Virus record (IMG/VR): IMGVR_UViG_3300026488_000026
Location: 1-64,000 of that record
From: a virus
Length of the DNA stretch: 64,000 nt
Direction: 5' to 3' (one strand)
Shown here: positions 28,734 through 38,476 of the stretch, piece by piece
How positions within the stretch are numbered: the first letter of the stretch is position 1
How the letters are laid out: every line of letters begins with the position of its first letter
Notes under the pieces: model-generated
What the model saw: the letters and a program-made list of their open reading frames with translations, nothing else
What the model was told of the DNA's origin: nothing
Databases searched by the model: none
Translations under genes and position numbers: made by a program

Positions 28734-29707
28734 TATTTTCCTCCTTCAGTTTTATAAATTAAATCTACTTCACTTTCAGTTAAATTTCTTGTAAAAATTC
28801 TTAATCTATCAACAGCTCCTGCTTTTCTATAACTATTTGTTACACCCCAACCAAAAACACACAAGTAATTAGAAAAATACATATTATATTTTGAAATTTT
28901 ACTACAATTTTGTTTTAAAGTTTGTTTTTTTCCATTAATAAAAATATCCCCATATTCAAATTTTCTAAAATTTGCTGAAACATGAATCCATTTATTTTTA
29001 TATTTATTAATATCAACCCCAAAATTATCGCCATTACCCGTATTAAATCCTAATTTTCCACTCTTACAAATATACAAATCACATTTATAAAATCCTATTG
29101 GCATTTGATAATTCATACCATTCCATTTAAACCAAAAACTAACATTAACTTCTTTAGTATCTTTATTAAAAGGCAATTTATTAATTCTTAGCTGTCCACC
29201 ATTAGAATAAACAGCTAATTTCTCTTTGCCTTCGACATAAGTTACATCTCCGTTTTTTACAGCTTTATATTTTCCACTTTCATCAGTTAAACTATTATTA
29301 AATTTAAACAAAGCAATTCCACTTTTATCGCCAAAAAAATCAACTTTATCAGCTGGCGGAATGTTCATAATTATTGTTCCTTTATCTCCAATCCAAACAT
29401 TATCATCTTTATTATTTTTTACACATTCAAATTTTTCTAATGTTTTAATGTTTAACCAAACAAAACCTTTAAATAAAGGATTAGTTGTTACTTGTGGATT
29501 ATTTAAACTAATAACATTTGCAATATTTTTTGGTATTTTATCAACAATTTTTAGTTTGCCTTGGTTTATTAAATCACGCACACTTTGATTTTCTACATTT
29601 TCTTTTAGATAACATTTATAAATAAGATTTTGTTTATCAACATTTAAAACTACAACTAAATTATCTTTTTTACCAGAAATTTTACTATCTAAATTTTCAA
29701 CTAACAT
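28733..29707 (-). CDS. LamG/ConA-like domain fibre or receptor-binding protein
   Basis: 'SFWFK', 'NKWIHV', 'IFING', 'DRLRIFTRNLTESEV'. Confidence 0.75.
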   Translation of the reverse strand: MLVENLDSKISGKKDNLVVVLNVDKQNLIYKCYLKENVENQSVRDLINQGKLKIVDKIPKNIANVISLNNPQVTTNPLFKGFVWLNIKTLEKFECVKNNKDDNVWIGDKGTIIMNIPPADKVDFFGDKSGIALFKFNNSLTDESGKYKAVKNGDVTYVEGKEKLAVYSNGGQLRINKLPFNKDTKEVNVSFWFKWNGMNYQMPIGFYKCDLYICKSGKLGFNTGNGDNFGVDINKYKNKWIHVSANFRKFEYGDIFINGKKQTLKQNCSKISKYNMYFSNYLCVFGWGVTNSYRKAGAVDRLRIFTRNLTESEVDLIYKTEGGK

Positions 29708-29722
29708 TAAAACTCCTTATTT

Positions 29723-31285
29723 TTAATTAATTTGATATCCCCAAAGTTCATCTTTAAAAACATTACCTTTTCCATCGGTCCAATAAACAACAAAACTTGA
29801 ATTATCGTTTTCTTTTATCCCACCTAAAACAAAAGCTGGTTTATCTAATGTTTCTAATAATTTAACAGCATTAGTATCGTTTGCTACAAAATTAATAAAT
29901 AGCATATTTCTTCTTGTATCATTGCTATTTCCATCATTATTAATTAATTTTAGCCCATTAGGTAAATTATAAAATTTAAGGCTATCTTCTTTACAATCAA
30001 TTTCTATTCTTGTTGCATTGTCTATGTTTGTATATTTAGAACTTGTAGCCCTAATATGTAGATGTTTTTTATTATCTGAATCATTAAACCAATCAATTCT
30101 GGCTTGTGCTGGATAAGCACTGCCTAAACCAAAATTATAACCTACCCAGCTACCAGAGCTTGTTGTATTCTTGTAAGCTTGGTATGTTCCTTTATCTCCA
30201 GCTACAATATCATAAGCATTAATATTTGAACTTGTAACATCAACTGCTAAACCTAATGTTCCCGTAGTCCAATTATATTTTAAACTTTTTCCTAAAGTTG
30301 AACTTGCGTTGTAATTATCATTTTGACTTACAACAACATCATAATTTACATAATCATTAGTTTTAACAACTAACGCTTTCCATTCATTTGAATTACCTTT
30401 CCTTCTAACAATAATTTCTTCAGCTAAATTATCATAAATTAATTGTCCTCCTTTTGGGTATTCATTAATATCATTTTTCCAATCTTCTATTCTTTGATGA
30501 ACAACATCTTGAGAGTTTGATGGTAAATAAATCCAACCATCATTCCAAAAAACAAAACCTGAATATTTAATTTCTTTATTTGCTACTAATGAAGTTTTAC
30601 CTTTAAACCAACCAAAATGCCCAGCTGAGTTATAAATAACAAGATTTTTATTTTTAAAATCAATCCAATAATATCCATCTTCTGGCGTTCCTTGTCCTGT
30701 TGGCGGGTAGCCTGTAACATAATTAATACGATTTTCAATAGAACGATTAAAATCCCAACCAAAATCCCCACGAGCTTTTATAGCATTATTACGACCACAA
30801 TATAAATTATAATCTTTTGTATCTCCATAAATAGGAATACCAGCTCCTATAACGCCATATTGATTAACAGCAAATTGAACTTGTGATGTATAAGCTTGTA
30901 TAACTTTTTCGCTATGTGTAAAAATTCTTAAAGGCGTAACATTTTTACTATCAACAGTTGTATCAATATTTAATGCTGAGTTTGTTCCTTGTGGGTTGTG
31001 TTGTAAATATGGACTTGTTATTGCTTTATCTCCATCAGTTTTATATAAAAATTTATTTTTTTCTCCTTCAATTGTAGTTCCATATTTTATTTTTAAAAGT
31101 TGTCCGTTTGAAATTGCGTCATTAACTGTAACTCCAACAACTTCATTTGGATCAACTACTAAAACATAATGTTCAAATACATCAGAACTAATAGCAACTT
31201 TTAAAATATCTCCTCTTTTAAATTTATCAAGTTTTGAAAATTTAGTATCTACTATTGCTATTTCTGTATGAGTTGGGATTGCCAT
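29723..31285 (-). CDS. putative tail fibre/receptor-binding protein
   Basis: 520 aa, beta-rich (N/S/T/G/Y), first gene of late arm, next to LamG and DUF4376-like genes. Confidence 0.55.
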   Translation of the reverse strand: MAIPTHTEIAIVDTKFSKLDKFKRGDILKVAISSDVFEHYVLVVDPNEVVGVTVNDAISNGQLLKIKYGTTIEGEKNKFLYKTDGDKAITSPYLQHNPQGTNSALNIDTTVDSKNVTPLRIFTHSEKVIQAYTSQVQFAVNQYGVIGAGIPIYGDTKDYNLYCGRNNAIKARGDFGWDFNRSIENRINYVTGYPPTGQGTPEDGYYWIDFKNKNLVIYNSAGHFGWFKGKTSLVANKEIKYSGFVFWNDGWIYLPSNSQDVVHQRIEDWKNDINEYPKGGQLIYDNLAEEIIVRRKGNSNEWKALVVKTNDYVNYDVVVSQNDNYNASSTLGKSLKYNWTTGTLGLAVDVTSSNINAYDIVAGDKGTYQAYKNTTSSGSWVGYNFGLGSAYPAQARIDWFNDSDNKKHLHIRATSSKYTNIDNATRIEIDCKEDSLKFYNLPNGLKLINNDGNSNDTRRNMLFINFVANDTNAVKLLETLDKPAFVLGGIKENDNSSFVVYWTDGKGNVFKDELWGYQIN

Positions 31286-31316
31286 TTTAAATTTCTCCTT
31301 ATTATGACTTTATTTA

Positions 31317-31324
31317 TATATCAG
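31317..31324 (-). promoter_or_regulatory. late promoter box CTGATATA
   Basis: 32 nt upstream of ATG 31285. Confidence 0.75.
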
Positions 31325-31355
31325 TTTATTTATTGTTTAAATAAGATACAATTTT

Positions 31356-31502
31356 GTAAAAAATTTTATACAAGAGTTTTGCTTAAATTTTACTCATTTT
31401 ATAAAAAATTTTTTATACTAAAATTGTTAAAATATCCGTAAATTCGAGCTTTTGTAGTTTATCAAAAAGTGTCCGAAGCCTTAAAGAAAATTTTTTATTC
31501 CA
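31356..31502 (-). repeat. inverted, diverged copy of the 126-bp repeat
   Basis: Reverse complement keeps both ends: TTCTTTAAGGCTTCGGACA and CAAAACTCTTGTATAAAATTTTTTAC. Confidence 0.85.
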
Positions 31503-31578
31503 TCTAAATTTTCATTTATTTATTTTATTTTTGTATCTAAAATTACAAAAATAAAAGTTGTAATTTATAAATTTAATA

Positions 31579-31607
31579 TTGACATTAATAAATTCTTATG
31601 ATAAAAT
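31579..31607 (+). promoter_or_regulatory. sigma70-type promoter
   Basis: TTGACA-N17-TAAAAT with TG extension. Confidence 0.75.
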
Positions 31608-31632
31608 TAAAATAAAAAAGAAAGGAGCATAA

Positions 31633-33492
31633 ATGAATAGATTGATTGAAATTATCGAAAAAGAAAAAAAAGAAAGAAGAAAAATTAAAAAAATTTTGAT
31701 AAAAAGAAAAGATAAAAAAGTAGCAATTAAACCAAATTCATTTGATAAATTTGGTCAATTGCTTAAAAATTATACAATAATTTTATACCAAATGTCAAGA
31801 GTTTTATCAAATTTTTCTAATAAAAATAAAGCAATTTTGAATAATTTGTTATTTTTATTAGAAAAATTTGATAATTCATCAAGTTTTTATAGAAACTACA
31901 AATATTTTATAATGGGAATTATAGAAGGACAAATAAATCCTCAAGTTGTCGCTCAAAATTTTACTCAATTTTATATTACTCTTACTTCTACGCATTTTGA
32001 AACTAAAGGTTTAAGTTTTGTTGCAAATCCTTATCAAGCTACTCAACAAGATAAAGCAAGACCTAATTTAAGACATGGTAAGTTTGGTTATATAAGAAAA
32101 TATGGATACGAACAAAATTTAGGTTTGGTATTTGATGACGAAAGTTATGATGTTGTTGAATATTTTAAAATGATAACAAACGATAAATGTGCTTTTTATA
32201 CGCCAAATAATAAATATTCTAAAAATTCATTAAGATTTGATATTGATGATAAAACTTTGAATATGAATGAAATGGAAATTTTAATTAGAACTACAATGAA
32301 TAAATTGAATATAAATGGTGAAGTTGAAATTATCGAAACAACAAAAGGTTGGCAATTTGCAATTTATGTGCCATTGTTTTTTATTAAAACTTTTTATGAT
32401 AAAAGCGATTATGTTGTAGAACAAATTTTTATTAGTGATAGAAAAACAACGAAAGCATTTGATGCCTATCAAAAGTTTAATAGAAAGTTTATTAAAGTTT
32501 TAGAAAATTTAGCTAAAGAGCTTTTTAATGTTAAATTAGAAGTTGATAAATTTGCTTTAGAACAAGAAAAAGTTAGAATATGGCGAAATGCAAAAGCTCA
32601 TAATCATTGTTATTTTTCTGTTATTGATAATGAAAAAACAACAATTTTAGAAATGATTGATTTACCTGAAGAAGATGAAAAAGAAAATTTTATAAATTAT
32701 TTTGAAACTAAAAAAGCAAATGAAATTGAATTACGAAATAAAATGCCAAATGTTTATAAATTTTTTAAAAAATATAATTTTTCAATGCCTAAAATAAATT
32801 GCTCTTTAATCGGTAAAATGAGTGAAAATACCGAAAGTTTTTATTTAACAAAAGCAATCGTTCATAAATTTGTAATTGATTATAATCATTTAGAAAATTT
32901 TGATATTTTGTTGGCTGAATTAAGCGAGGCAATTGAGCTTGATTTTAGAAATATTTATCAAGAGGAAAAATCAATTGAAAATATAAATATTGTAATTGAT
33001 TATTATTTAGAAAATTTCGATATTTATCTAACCGCCCAAAAAACGGCAAGAAGTCGCATGTTTGCTAAAAGTTTAAAAGCTTTTGAAAATATAAGAAAAA
33101 ATAGAAATAATTTAGGCGAAATAAAGCAAAAAATTGAAAAAAATAAAAATGAACTTGAAAAAATTAAAAATAATGATGAAAATAAATTGTCAGTTAGAAA
33201 AATGGCTAAAGAATTAGAAAAAATTGCTTTTGAATTGCCTAAATCTACGCTATATGATTATATTAGAAAAGGGAATGTTGATATTTTAATTGAAATGATT
33301 GAAATGTTATATGAATATGTTATAATTTTAATGAATGGTAATGAAAAAGAGCAACAAAAAGCAATTCAATTGTTTGAAATAATCGAACAATTAAAAGGTG
33401 CTGTTAGATATGTTGTAACTATGATGAAATTTGGTTTGGTTAGAAATGAAAAATTGCGAAAGTTTTTTTATGTAGAAAAACGAAAGGAATGA
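31633..33492 (+). CDS. putative Rep protein: AEP/primase-like domain plus C-terminal HTH
   Basis: 'YTPN..LRFDIDD' and 'ETTKGWQF' motifs; HTH 'LSVRKMAKEL..LPKSTLYDYI'. Confidence 0.55.
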   Translation: MNRLIEIIEKEKKERRKIKKILIKRKDKKVAIKPNSFDKFGQLLKNYTIILYQMSRVLSNFSNKNKAILNNLLFLLEKFDNSSSFYRNYKYFIMGIIEGQINPQVVAQNFTQFYITLTSTHFETKGLSFVANPYQATQQDKARPNLRHGKFGYIRKYGYEQNLGLVFDDESYDVVEYFKMITNDKCAFYTPNNKYSKNSLRFDIDDKTLNMNEMEILIRTTMNKLNINGEVEIIETTKGWQFAIYVPLFFIKTFYDKSDYVVEQIFISDRKTTKAFDAYQKFNRKFIKVLENLAKELFNVKLEVDKFALEQEKVRIWRNAKAHNHCYFSVIDNEKTTILEMIDLPEEDEKENFINYFETKKANEIELRNKMPNVYKFFKKYNFSMPKINCSLIGKMSENTESFYLTKAIVHKFVIDYNHLENFDILLAELSEAIELDFRNIYQEEKSIENINIVIDYYLENFDIYLTAQKTARSRMFAKSLKAFENIRKNRNNLGEIKQKIEKNKNELEKIKNNDENKLSVRKMAKELEKIAFELPKSTLYDYIRKGNVDILIEMIEMLYEYVIILMNGNEKEQQKAIQLFEIIEQLKGAVRYVVTMMKFGLVRNEKLRKFFYVEKRKE

Positions 33493-33740
33493 AAATGCAA
33501 GTTACAAAATCAAATCTTTATAATTTGATAACAAATGATGCTTTGTTATCAAAACTTTGGGAAGAAAATTTAGCTTGGTATGGTTATTATAAAGATAAAA
33601 ACGAAACACATGGTATGAGTTATATAAAATATATGGCTTATATGGATTTACATCAAAAATGTGTTGAGCTTAAAAAAGCAAAATTAGATAAACATGAAGA
33701 AAAAATAATAAAAGAATTTGTTAATTTTTATTTTAGTTAA
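33489..33740 (+). CDS. hypothetical protein
   Basis: Overlapping stop/start within operon. Confidence 0.6.
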   Translation: MKMQVTKSNLYNLITNDALLSKLWEENLAWYGYYKDKNETHGMSYIKYMAYMDLHQKCVELKKAKLDKHEEKIIKEFVNFYFS

Positions 33741-33750
33741 AGGAATAAGA

Positions 33751-34236
33751 ATGGAATTTATAAAAACAGATTGGTCGTTTAGTTTGGAAAATATAAAAGA
33801 AAAATTAAAAAAGCAAAAAATTCATCTTAGTAAAAAACAATATGATGTTATAACTCCGATAGTTTTGCCTTCAAGAAATTATGAGGAAATTCGTAATGCC
33901 TATATGAAGTCAGTTCAAAAATTAGGAAGGTATTATCATATTCCAGCTTTTAGTAATGTAAAAATAGTATATTTTAATAATATGAGTTGGTTTATTTATT
34001 CTAAGGCTTATTTAGAAGAATGGTTGGAATTTTTGTTATTACAAACAAAAATTAAATTGTCCGATAATATTTTTGAAATACATAAATTAGCACCAAAAGT
34101 TATAGAAAAAGAATTAAAGTTTTTTATAAAGCAAAAGGAAAAAGCACAATTTGATTTAGTTAAAGTTTTTTATGAAGATAAAGCCATTGGTTACAACGCA
34201 GTTAATGAATTTTTAAATTTTAAGGAGATTAAATGA
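33751..34236 (+). CDS. hypothetical protein
   Basis: AAGGA RBS before ATG 33751. Confidence 0.6.
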   Translation: MEFIKTDWSFSLENIKEKLKKQKIHLSKKQYDVITPIVLPSRNYEEIRNAYMKSVQKLGRYYHIPAFSNVKIVYFNNMSWFIYSKAYLEEWLEFLLLQTKIKLSDNIFEIHKLAPKVIEKELKFFIKQKEKAQFDLVKVFYEDKAIGYNAVNEFLNFKEIK

Positions 34237-34478
34237 TTCTTAAAAGAAAAGTTAGTTTTGAAAGATTAAAGTTTATCTTAGAACATTTGAATAAAAATGT
34301 TGATGTTTTGGCAATAGTTGATAGTGAAAATCATAAAATTTTTGTAAAAATTGGCACAATTTGCTATGAAATTACACAAAAAACGCAAAAAATTTTAAAT
34401 GAAAGCAAAAATTTTTATGAAATTTTGCGTTTTTTGAACGAAAAAGCAATAAAAATTGAAGATTTTAAGGAAATTTGA
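34233..34478 (+). CDS. hypothetical protein
   Basis: AAGGAG RBS, ATGA overlap. Confidence 0.6.
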   Translation: MILKRKVSFERLKFILEHLNKNVDVLAIVDSENHKIFVKIGTICYEITQKTQKILNESKNFYEILRFLNEKAIKIEDFKEI

Positions 34479-35026
34479 TGAAAAAATTGCAAAAAAATGA
34501 AAAAAATTTGTTAATTTTGCCGATTTTTGAGCTATTTCCTTCAAAAAATATTGAAAATTGGTTTGAAACTTTAATGTTTAAGCGTTTAGCTAATTTATTT
34601 TATGTTATAAAGCAAAAAGAGCTTGGAGTTTTAGCCCAGGAATTAGATGAGATTAGTAGAAATTTAGTGTTTGCAAGTTATTTAAAAACTTATAAAACTT
34701 TGGATTATTTTTATGTTTTAATAAAAAATGGTAAGTTTATTGGCGTGATTAGTTTTGATATTTCTTCTGAAAATTTATATTTTAAACAAGGTAAATATTT
34801 GATATTTGCTCAAACAGGTTTAGTTTCAAATGAAATTTCGGATTTTTGGTTTATGATGCGTAATTTGCGTGATTTAACAAACAAAATTATAAAAAAAGAA
34901 CAACCTGATTTTGCAATTGCTTATTTAAAAAATATAAGCCATAACAAACGATTTTTAAAACAAGTAGAAAAAGAACATAATTTAAAAATAAGTTTGGTAT
35001 ATAATTTAACTTACGGAGCTTTTTAA
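34475..35026 (+). CDS. hypothetical protein
   Basis: Coupled ORF within operon. Confidence 0.55.
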   Translation: MMKKLQKNEKNLLILPIFELFPSKNIENWFETLMFKRLANLFYVIKQKELGVLAQELDEISRNLVFASYLKTYKTLDYFYVLIKNGKFIGVISFDISSENLYFKQGKYLIFAQTGLVSNEISDFWFMMRNLRDLTNKIIKKEQPDFAIAYLKNISHNKRFLKQVEKEHNLKISLVYNLTYGAF

Positions 35027-35304
35027 TGAAAACAAACTTAATTTTATCTGATAAAGAACTTGGTAAAGAAAATAATCAAAAAATTGTGGATTTAATTAGA
35101 GAAATTTATCCTTATTTATCGCTTGATGCTGTGGCTAAGCTTACAGGTTTATCAAAAACAAAAGTTAAAGAAATTTTAAAAGCAAACAATATAAATAAAG
35201 AAAACGACCCAAGCTGGTATAATAATACGCCAATTGTGATTTGGTTGCCAAGTGAATTTTATGATAAGGTTGATATTGAAAATTTAAAATTTGTAAAAAA
35301 ATAG
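35026..35304 (+). CDS. HTH DNA-binding protein
   Basis: 'LSLDAVAKLTGLSKTKVKEIL'. Confidence 0.65.
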   Translation: MKTNLILSDKELGKENNQKIVDLIREIYPYLSLDAVAKLTGLSKTKVKEILKANNINKENDPSWYNNTPIVIWLPSEFYDKVDIENLKFVKK

Positions 35305-35305
35305 C

Positions 35306-35335
35306 TTGACATATGCAATAATAAAATGCTATAAT
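35306..35335 (+). promoter_or_regulatory. sigma70-type promoter
   Basis: TTGACA-N18-TATAAT with TGn extension. Confidence 0.8.
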
Positions 35336-35367
35336 TTTTTTGAAGTAAATTTAAAAAGGAGAATCAA

Positions 35368-35817
35368 ATGAATGAAATTAATTTGTCAGCTTATTTAAAA
35401 CAAATGCTTGAGCCACAAGTTGTAATTGAAATTTGTAATTATGAATTTGGCAAAGATTTTAAAGAAAAATTTGAAAAAGAAGAGCTTTTAAGTTATCTTA
35501 TTAATAGGTTATTAAAAAATAATGATTTGGCATCAAATATGTATGATTTTGTTGAAGTTGTTGGTTTTATCGTCCAACAAGAATTTAAGAATTATGGGCG
35601 AGTTTATATAGATGTTGATGAACTTGATAATGTTTTTTATGTTTTAGTTGGTAGAATGTTAGAAAATGGTATTCCTAAAAACTTAATTAAACAATTTTTA
35701 GTTGATTGTTTTAAATCATTTTATGGTTTGCTTGATAAAAAAATTTCTGATTTAATTTGGGAATATCAAAATAAAAAAGAAAAATTACCAAATCAGCTTT
35801 CAGGATTTGACAAATGA
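35368..35817 (+). CDS. hypothetical protein
   Basis: AAGGAG RBS, promoter upstream. Confidence 0.65.
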   Translation: MNEINLSAYLKQMLEPQVVIEICNYEFGKDFKEKFEKEELLSYLINRLLKNNDLASNMYDFVEVVGFIVQQEFKNYGRVYIDVDELDNVFYVLVGRMLENGIPKNLIKQFLVDCFKSFYGLLDKKISDLIWEYQNKKEKLPNQLSGFDK

Positions 35818-36119
35818 TTGAACGCAAATTAAGTTGTTATCAGGTCCAAAAGGTTATGGACCTTTTTTATTTAAAAAAAGCAACTATTTCAAAAATAGCC
35901 CAATATTTTAAAGTTGGTTATAAGACAATTCAATATATAGTCCAAGGCAAAACTTATCGTGATTGTTGGCGTTATGATAGATATGGTTGGGAAAATGAAA
36001 ATGATTTCAAACTTGCTTATGAACATAGGAAAAGAGAGAACATTAAAAATTATGGAAATGGTAGAAAATCTCCAAAAATAGAATTCCTATTAGAACAAAT
36101 AAAAAAAGGAAAAGTTTGA
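35814..36119 (+). CDS. HTH DNA-binding protein
   Basis: 'TISKIAQYFKVGYKTIQYIVQGKTY'. Confidence 0.6.
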   Translation: MIERKLSCYQVQKVMDLFYLKKATISKIAQYFKVGYKTIQYIVQGKTYRDCWRYDRYGWENENDFKLAYEHRKRENIKNYGNGRKSPKIEFLLEQIKKGKV

Positions 36120-36355
36120 AAACAATTTGGCTTGTTAAATGCCTAAAATGTAATGATGAAGTTGAAAATGGAAAGTGCAAATGTGGAAATGTTGGCGTTA
36201 GAAAAAAAGGAAAACAAATTTTAGTTTTATTTTGTGACGATTTAAAAACTTGCAACTTAAAAAAAGTTGTAAGATACAAAAACTTAATAATAAAAGAAAA
36301 AAGTTGGTTTCCTTTTAGTTTTGCTAAAATTGAAAAAGTTGAGATGGAGGTATAA
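36116..36355 (+). CDS. Zn-ribbon hypothetical protein
   Basis: CLKC...CKCG motif, TTG start with AAGGA RBS. Confidence 0.55.
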   Translation: MKTIWLVKCLKCNDEVENGKCKCGNVGVRKKGKQILVLFCDDLKTCNLKKVVRYKNLIIKEKSWFPFSFAKIEKVEMEV

Positions 36356-36430
36356 ATGGGTTTTTATTTTAGTTTTATTTTGGTTGGTGTTGTTTGTTTG
36401 CTTTTATTTTCAATTATAAAAGGACTTTAA
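36356..36430 (+). CDS. 24-aa membrane peptide
   Basis: GGAGG RBS; MGFYFSFILVGVVCLLLFSIIKGL; TAA-ATG coupling on both sides. Confidence 0.55.
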   Translation: MGFYFSFILVGVVCLLLFSIIKGL

Positions 36431-36517
36431 ATGTTTGAAGAGATAATTTTTTTAGTTAGTTATTTTGTGTTTTTGATTATTGTAACGATTGAACTTTTAA
36501 GTAAGAAAGGAGAATAA
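36431..36517 (+). CDS. 28-aa membrane peptide
   Basis: AAGGA RBS; MFEEIIFLVSYFVFLIIVTIELLSKKGE; TAA-ATG coupling. Confidence 0.55.
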   Translation: MFEEIIFLVSYFVFLIIVTIELLSKKGE

Positions 36518-36778
36518 ATGAAAATAACAATACAAAGTTTTTTTGGTGCGGTAGCTTTTATTAGTTTTGTAATTGCAAGTTTTTATTTTAGTGCAATTTT
36601 AGGTTTTATTACATTTCTTTTTGGAGGATTTTTTATAAATGGAATGGAAGTTTTTATGAAAGCAAATTGGGAATTGTTTAGTAATGAACTTGTTTTAGCA
36701 ATTTCTTCATTAATTGTTGGTATAATTTCATTTCTTTTTGCTGTTTGGTTGGATAGTTTAGATAAAGATAAATTTTAA
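36518..36778 (+). CDS. membrane protein
   Basis: AAGGAG RBS; hydrophobic segments. Confidence 0.65.
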   Translation: MKITIQSFFGAVAFISFVIASFYFSAILGFITFLFGGFFINGMEVFMKANWELFSNELVLAISSLIVGIISFLFAVWLDSLDKDKF

Positions 36779-36790
36779 AGGAGAATTAAA

Positions 36791-37033
36791 ATGCTTTGGC
36801 TCAAAATTAAAAATGTTGGTTATTTAAAAGTTAAGGATATTAGCTATGTAGGCGAAGTTAGTTTGATTGATTTTGATGAATATACAAATAAAAATTTATA
36901 TGGATTTGAAATTGTAATTGGAGGAGAACTTTTACCTTTAGTTTATGATAGTAAAGAAAAAGCAATTAAGGTTAATGAGGAAATTAAAAAACAACTTTTG
37001 ATGAGTGCAAAAATTATAAAATTAGAAATTTAG
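36791..37033 (+). CDS. hypothetical protein
   Basis: AAGGAG RBS. Confidence 0.65.
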   Translation: MLWLKIKNVGYLKVKDISYVGEVSLIDFDEYTNKNLYGFEIVIGGELLPLVYDSKEKAIKVNEEIKKQLLMSAKIIKLEI

Positions 37034-37062
37034 TTTTCAATAGAAAATAAAAGGAGTATAAA

Positions 37063-37359
37063 ATGATGGTTGTAACAAGCTTAAATTTTTTTGAAAATTT
37101 AAAAAGCACTGAAATAAGCGAAGAGCAAGAAGAGCAACTTATAAAATTTTATGAATTGTTGATTGATTATAAAAATGTAATAGATGAAGCAAGAGAAGAT
37201 AAAAATATTTTGCTAATTCAAATAGAAAACAACAAAGAATTGTTAGTATATTACTATGGGCTTTATTTTTTATATTTGAATGAAGAAAAAATTTTTAGTT
37301 TTAATTCAAAAGATTTGACTATAATTGGAGATTTTTTAAAGGAGGCGTTAGATGATTAA
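37063..37359 (+). CDS. hypothetical protein
   Basis: AAGGAG RBS. Confidence 0.65.
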   Translation: MMVVTSLNFFENLKSTEISEEQEEQLIKFYELLIDYKNVIDEAREDKNILLIQIENNKELLVYYYGLYFLYLNEEKIFSFNSKDLTIIGDFLKEALDD

Positions 37360-37711
37360 GTTTATTAAACGCTATGTGTGCCAAGGTAAAGTTCAAAATG
37401 ATTATGAAAACAAAGTTGATTTTTTTCAAGTGATTGTTGAAAAAGAAGATGGAAGTCTTGAATGGAATGATGTTGTTGTTAAAGGTTTTTTGGTTTATTT
37501 AAAAGGCGGAAATTATGATAGATTTATCCGAGGTATGTATAAAATAAAAGAAGAAAAATGGAAAGAGCTTGAAAGCAAATTGTTTGATAAAGTTGAAGTT
37601 ATTGATTGTAATAAAGAAACTGAGCTTGAAGTTTTTGAGCTTGCATTATCAGGCGTTAGTTTGCCTGAAATTCAAAAATTTTTAGAAGAAAATGCGGAGA
37701 AAGTTAAATGA
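37352..37711 (+). CDS. hypothetical protein
   Basis: AAGGAGG RBS. Confidence 0.65.
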   Translation: MIKFIKRYVCQGKVQNDYENKVDFFQVIVEKEDGSLEWNDVVVKGFLVYLKGGNYDRFIRGMYKIKEEKWKELESKLFDKVEVIDCNKETELEVFELALSGVSLPEIQKFLEENAEKVK

Positions 37712-38013
37712 GAATTTTTCTCCTTTTATTGATAATTTCAAGTTTGTTTGGCTATGATTTGTTGTGTTTAGTAGGTAAGAACGGCGATAAATGGTTGGAA
37801 GTTGAAAAACAATTAAGTTTGCATTGTGATAGCGAAAAATTAAAAATAAATGCGGTTAGATTTAGGCAAATTAGCGATTTGTTTGTTTATGAAATGCCAA
37901 ATAAAGCGGTGTTGTTTTGCGAGAAAGATTGGGTGTGGAGCTTTAGAAAGCTGATTATAATCGGCAAAGAAAATTTTAAAAGCGGTGATTGCAAAAGTTT
38001 TTATAAAAAATAA
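37708..38013 (+). CDS. putative exported protein
   Basis: Signal-peptide-like MRIFLLLLIISSLFG. Confidence 0.55.
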   Translation: MRIFLLLLIISSLFGYDLLCLVGKNGDKWLEVEKQLSLHCDSEKLKINAVRFRQISDLFVYEMPNKAVLFCEKDWVWSFRKLIIIGKENFKSGDCKSFYKK

Positions 38014-38476
38014 AGTTTGTAAAGGTTTTGGTAGAGGATTTGCTGTGGTTTTGGCGTGGATTTGTTAGTTATATGCCAAGCTATTTGTGAGTAATTGGTA
38101 GGTAAAAGAAAGTCCGCGGATTTTTTAGCGTTTTGCACTCAAATAACCTCCCCCGTTTAATTCACAAGCCACATGTGAATATCTGCTTTTAGTGTCAAAC
38201 GCTTTTTGTTTACTTAACATAATGCATATTCTCAGGACATTTTAAAGCTAAAAAGTGTGAATAACTCAACGAATGGCAATTCAATTTTAAGTGAATGTTA
38301 AGGATTTTTTATAAAATAGTAAAATTATAGTGTCTGACACTATAAAAAATTTTTAACATAAGGTAGTTTATAGAATAAGCATCGGTCGGCGTGGTTGCGG
38401 TCCTTTGCGGTCCTCTTTTATCGCCCTACAAGGAAAGGTCAAAAAATGCCGCGTTTTGTGGGTCACATTGTAGATT

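Noticed and set aside
31633-38013. Integrated prophage/lysogeny module or diversity-generating retroelement
   Set aside because: No integrase, CI-like repressor, reverse transcriptase or adenine-variable repeat pair is recognisable in the window.
38375-38470. tRNA gene in the GC-rich patch
   Set aside because: No T-loop GTTCRA or cloverleaf found; tRNAscan-SE would settle it.
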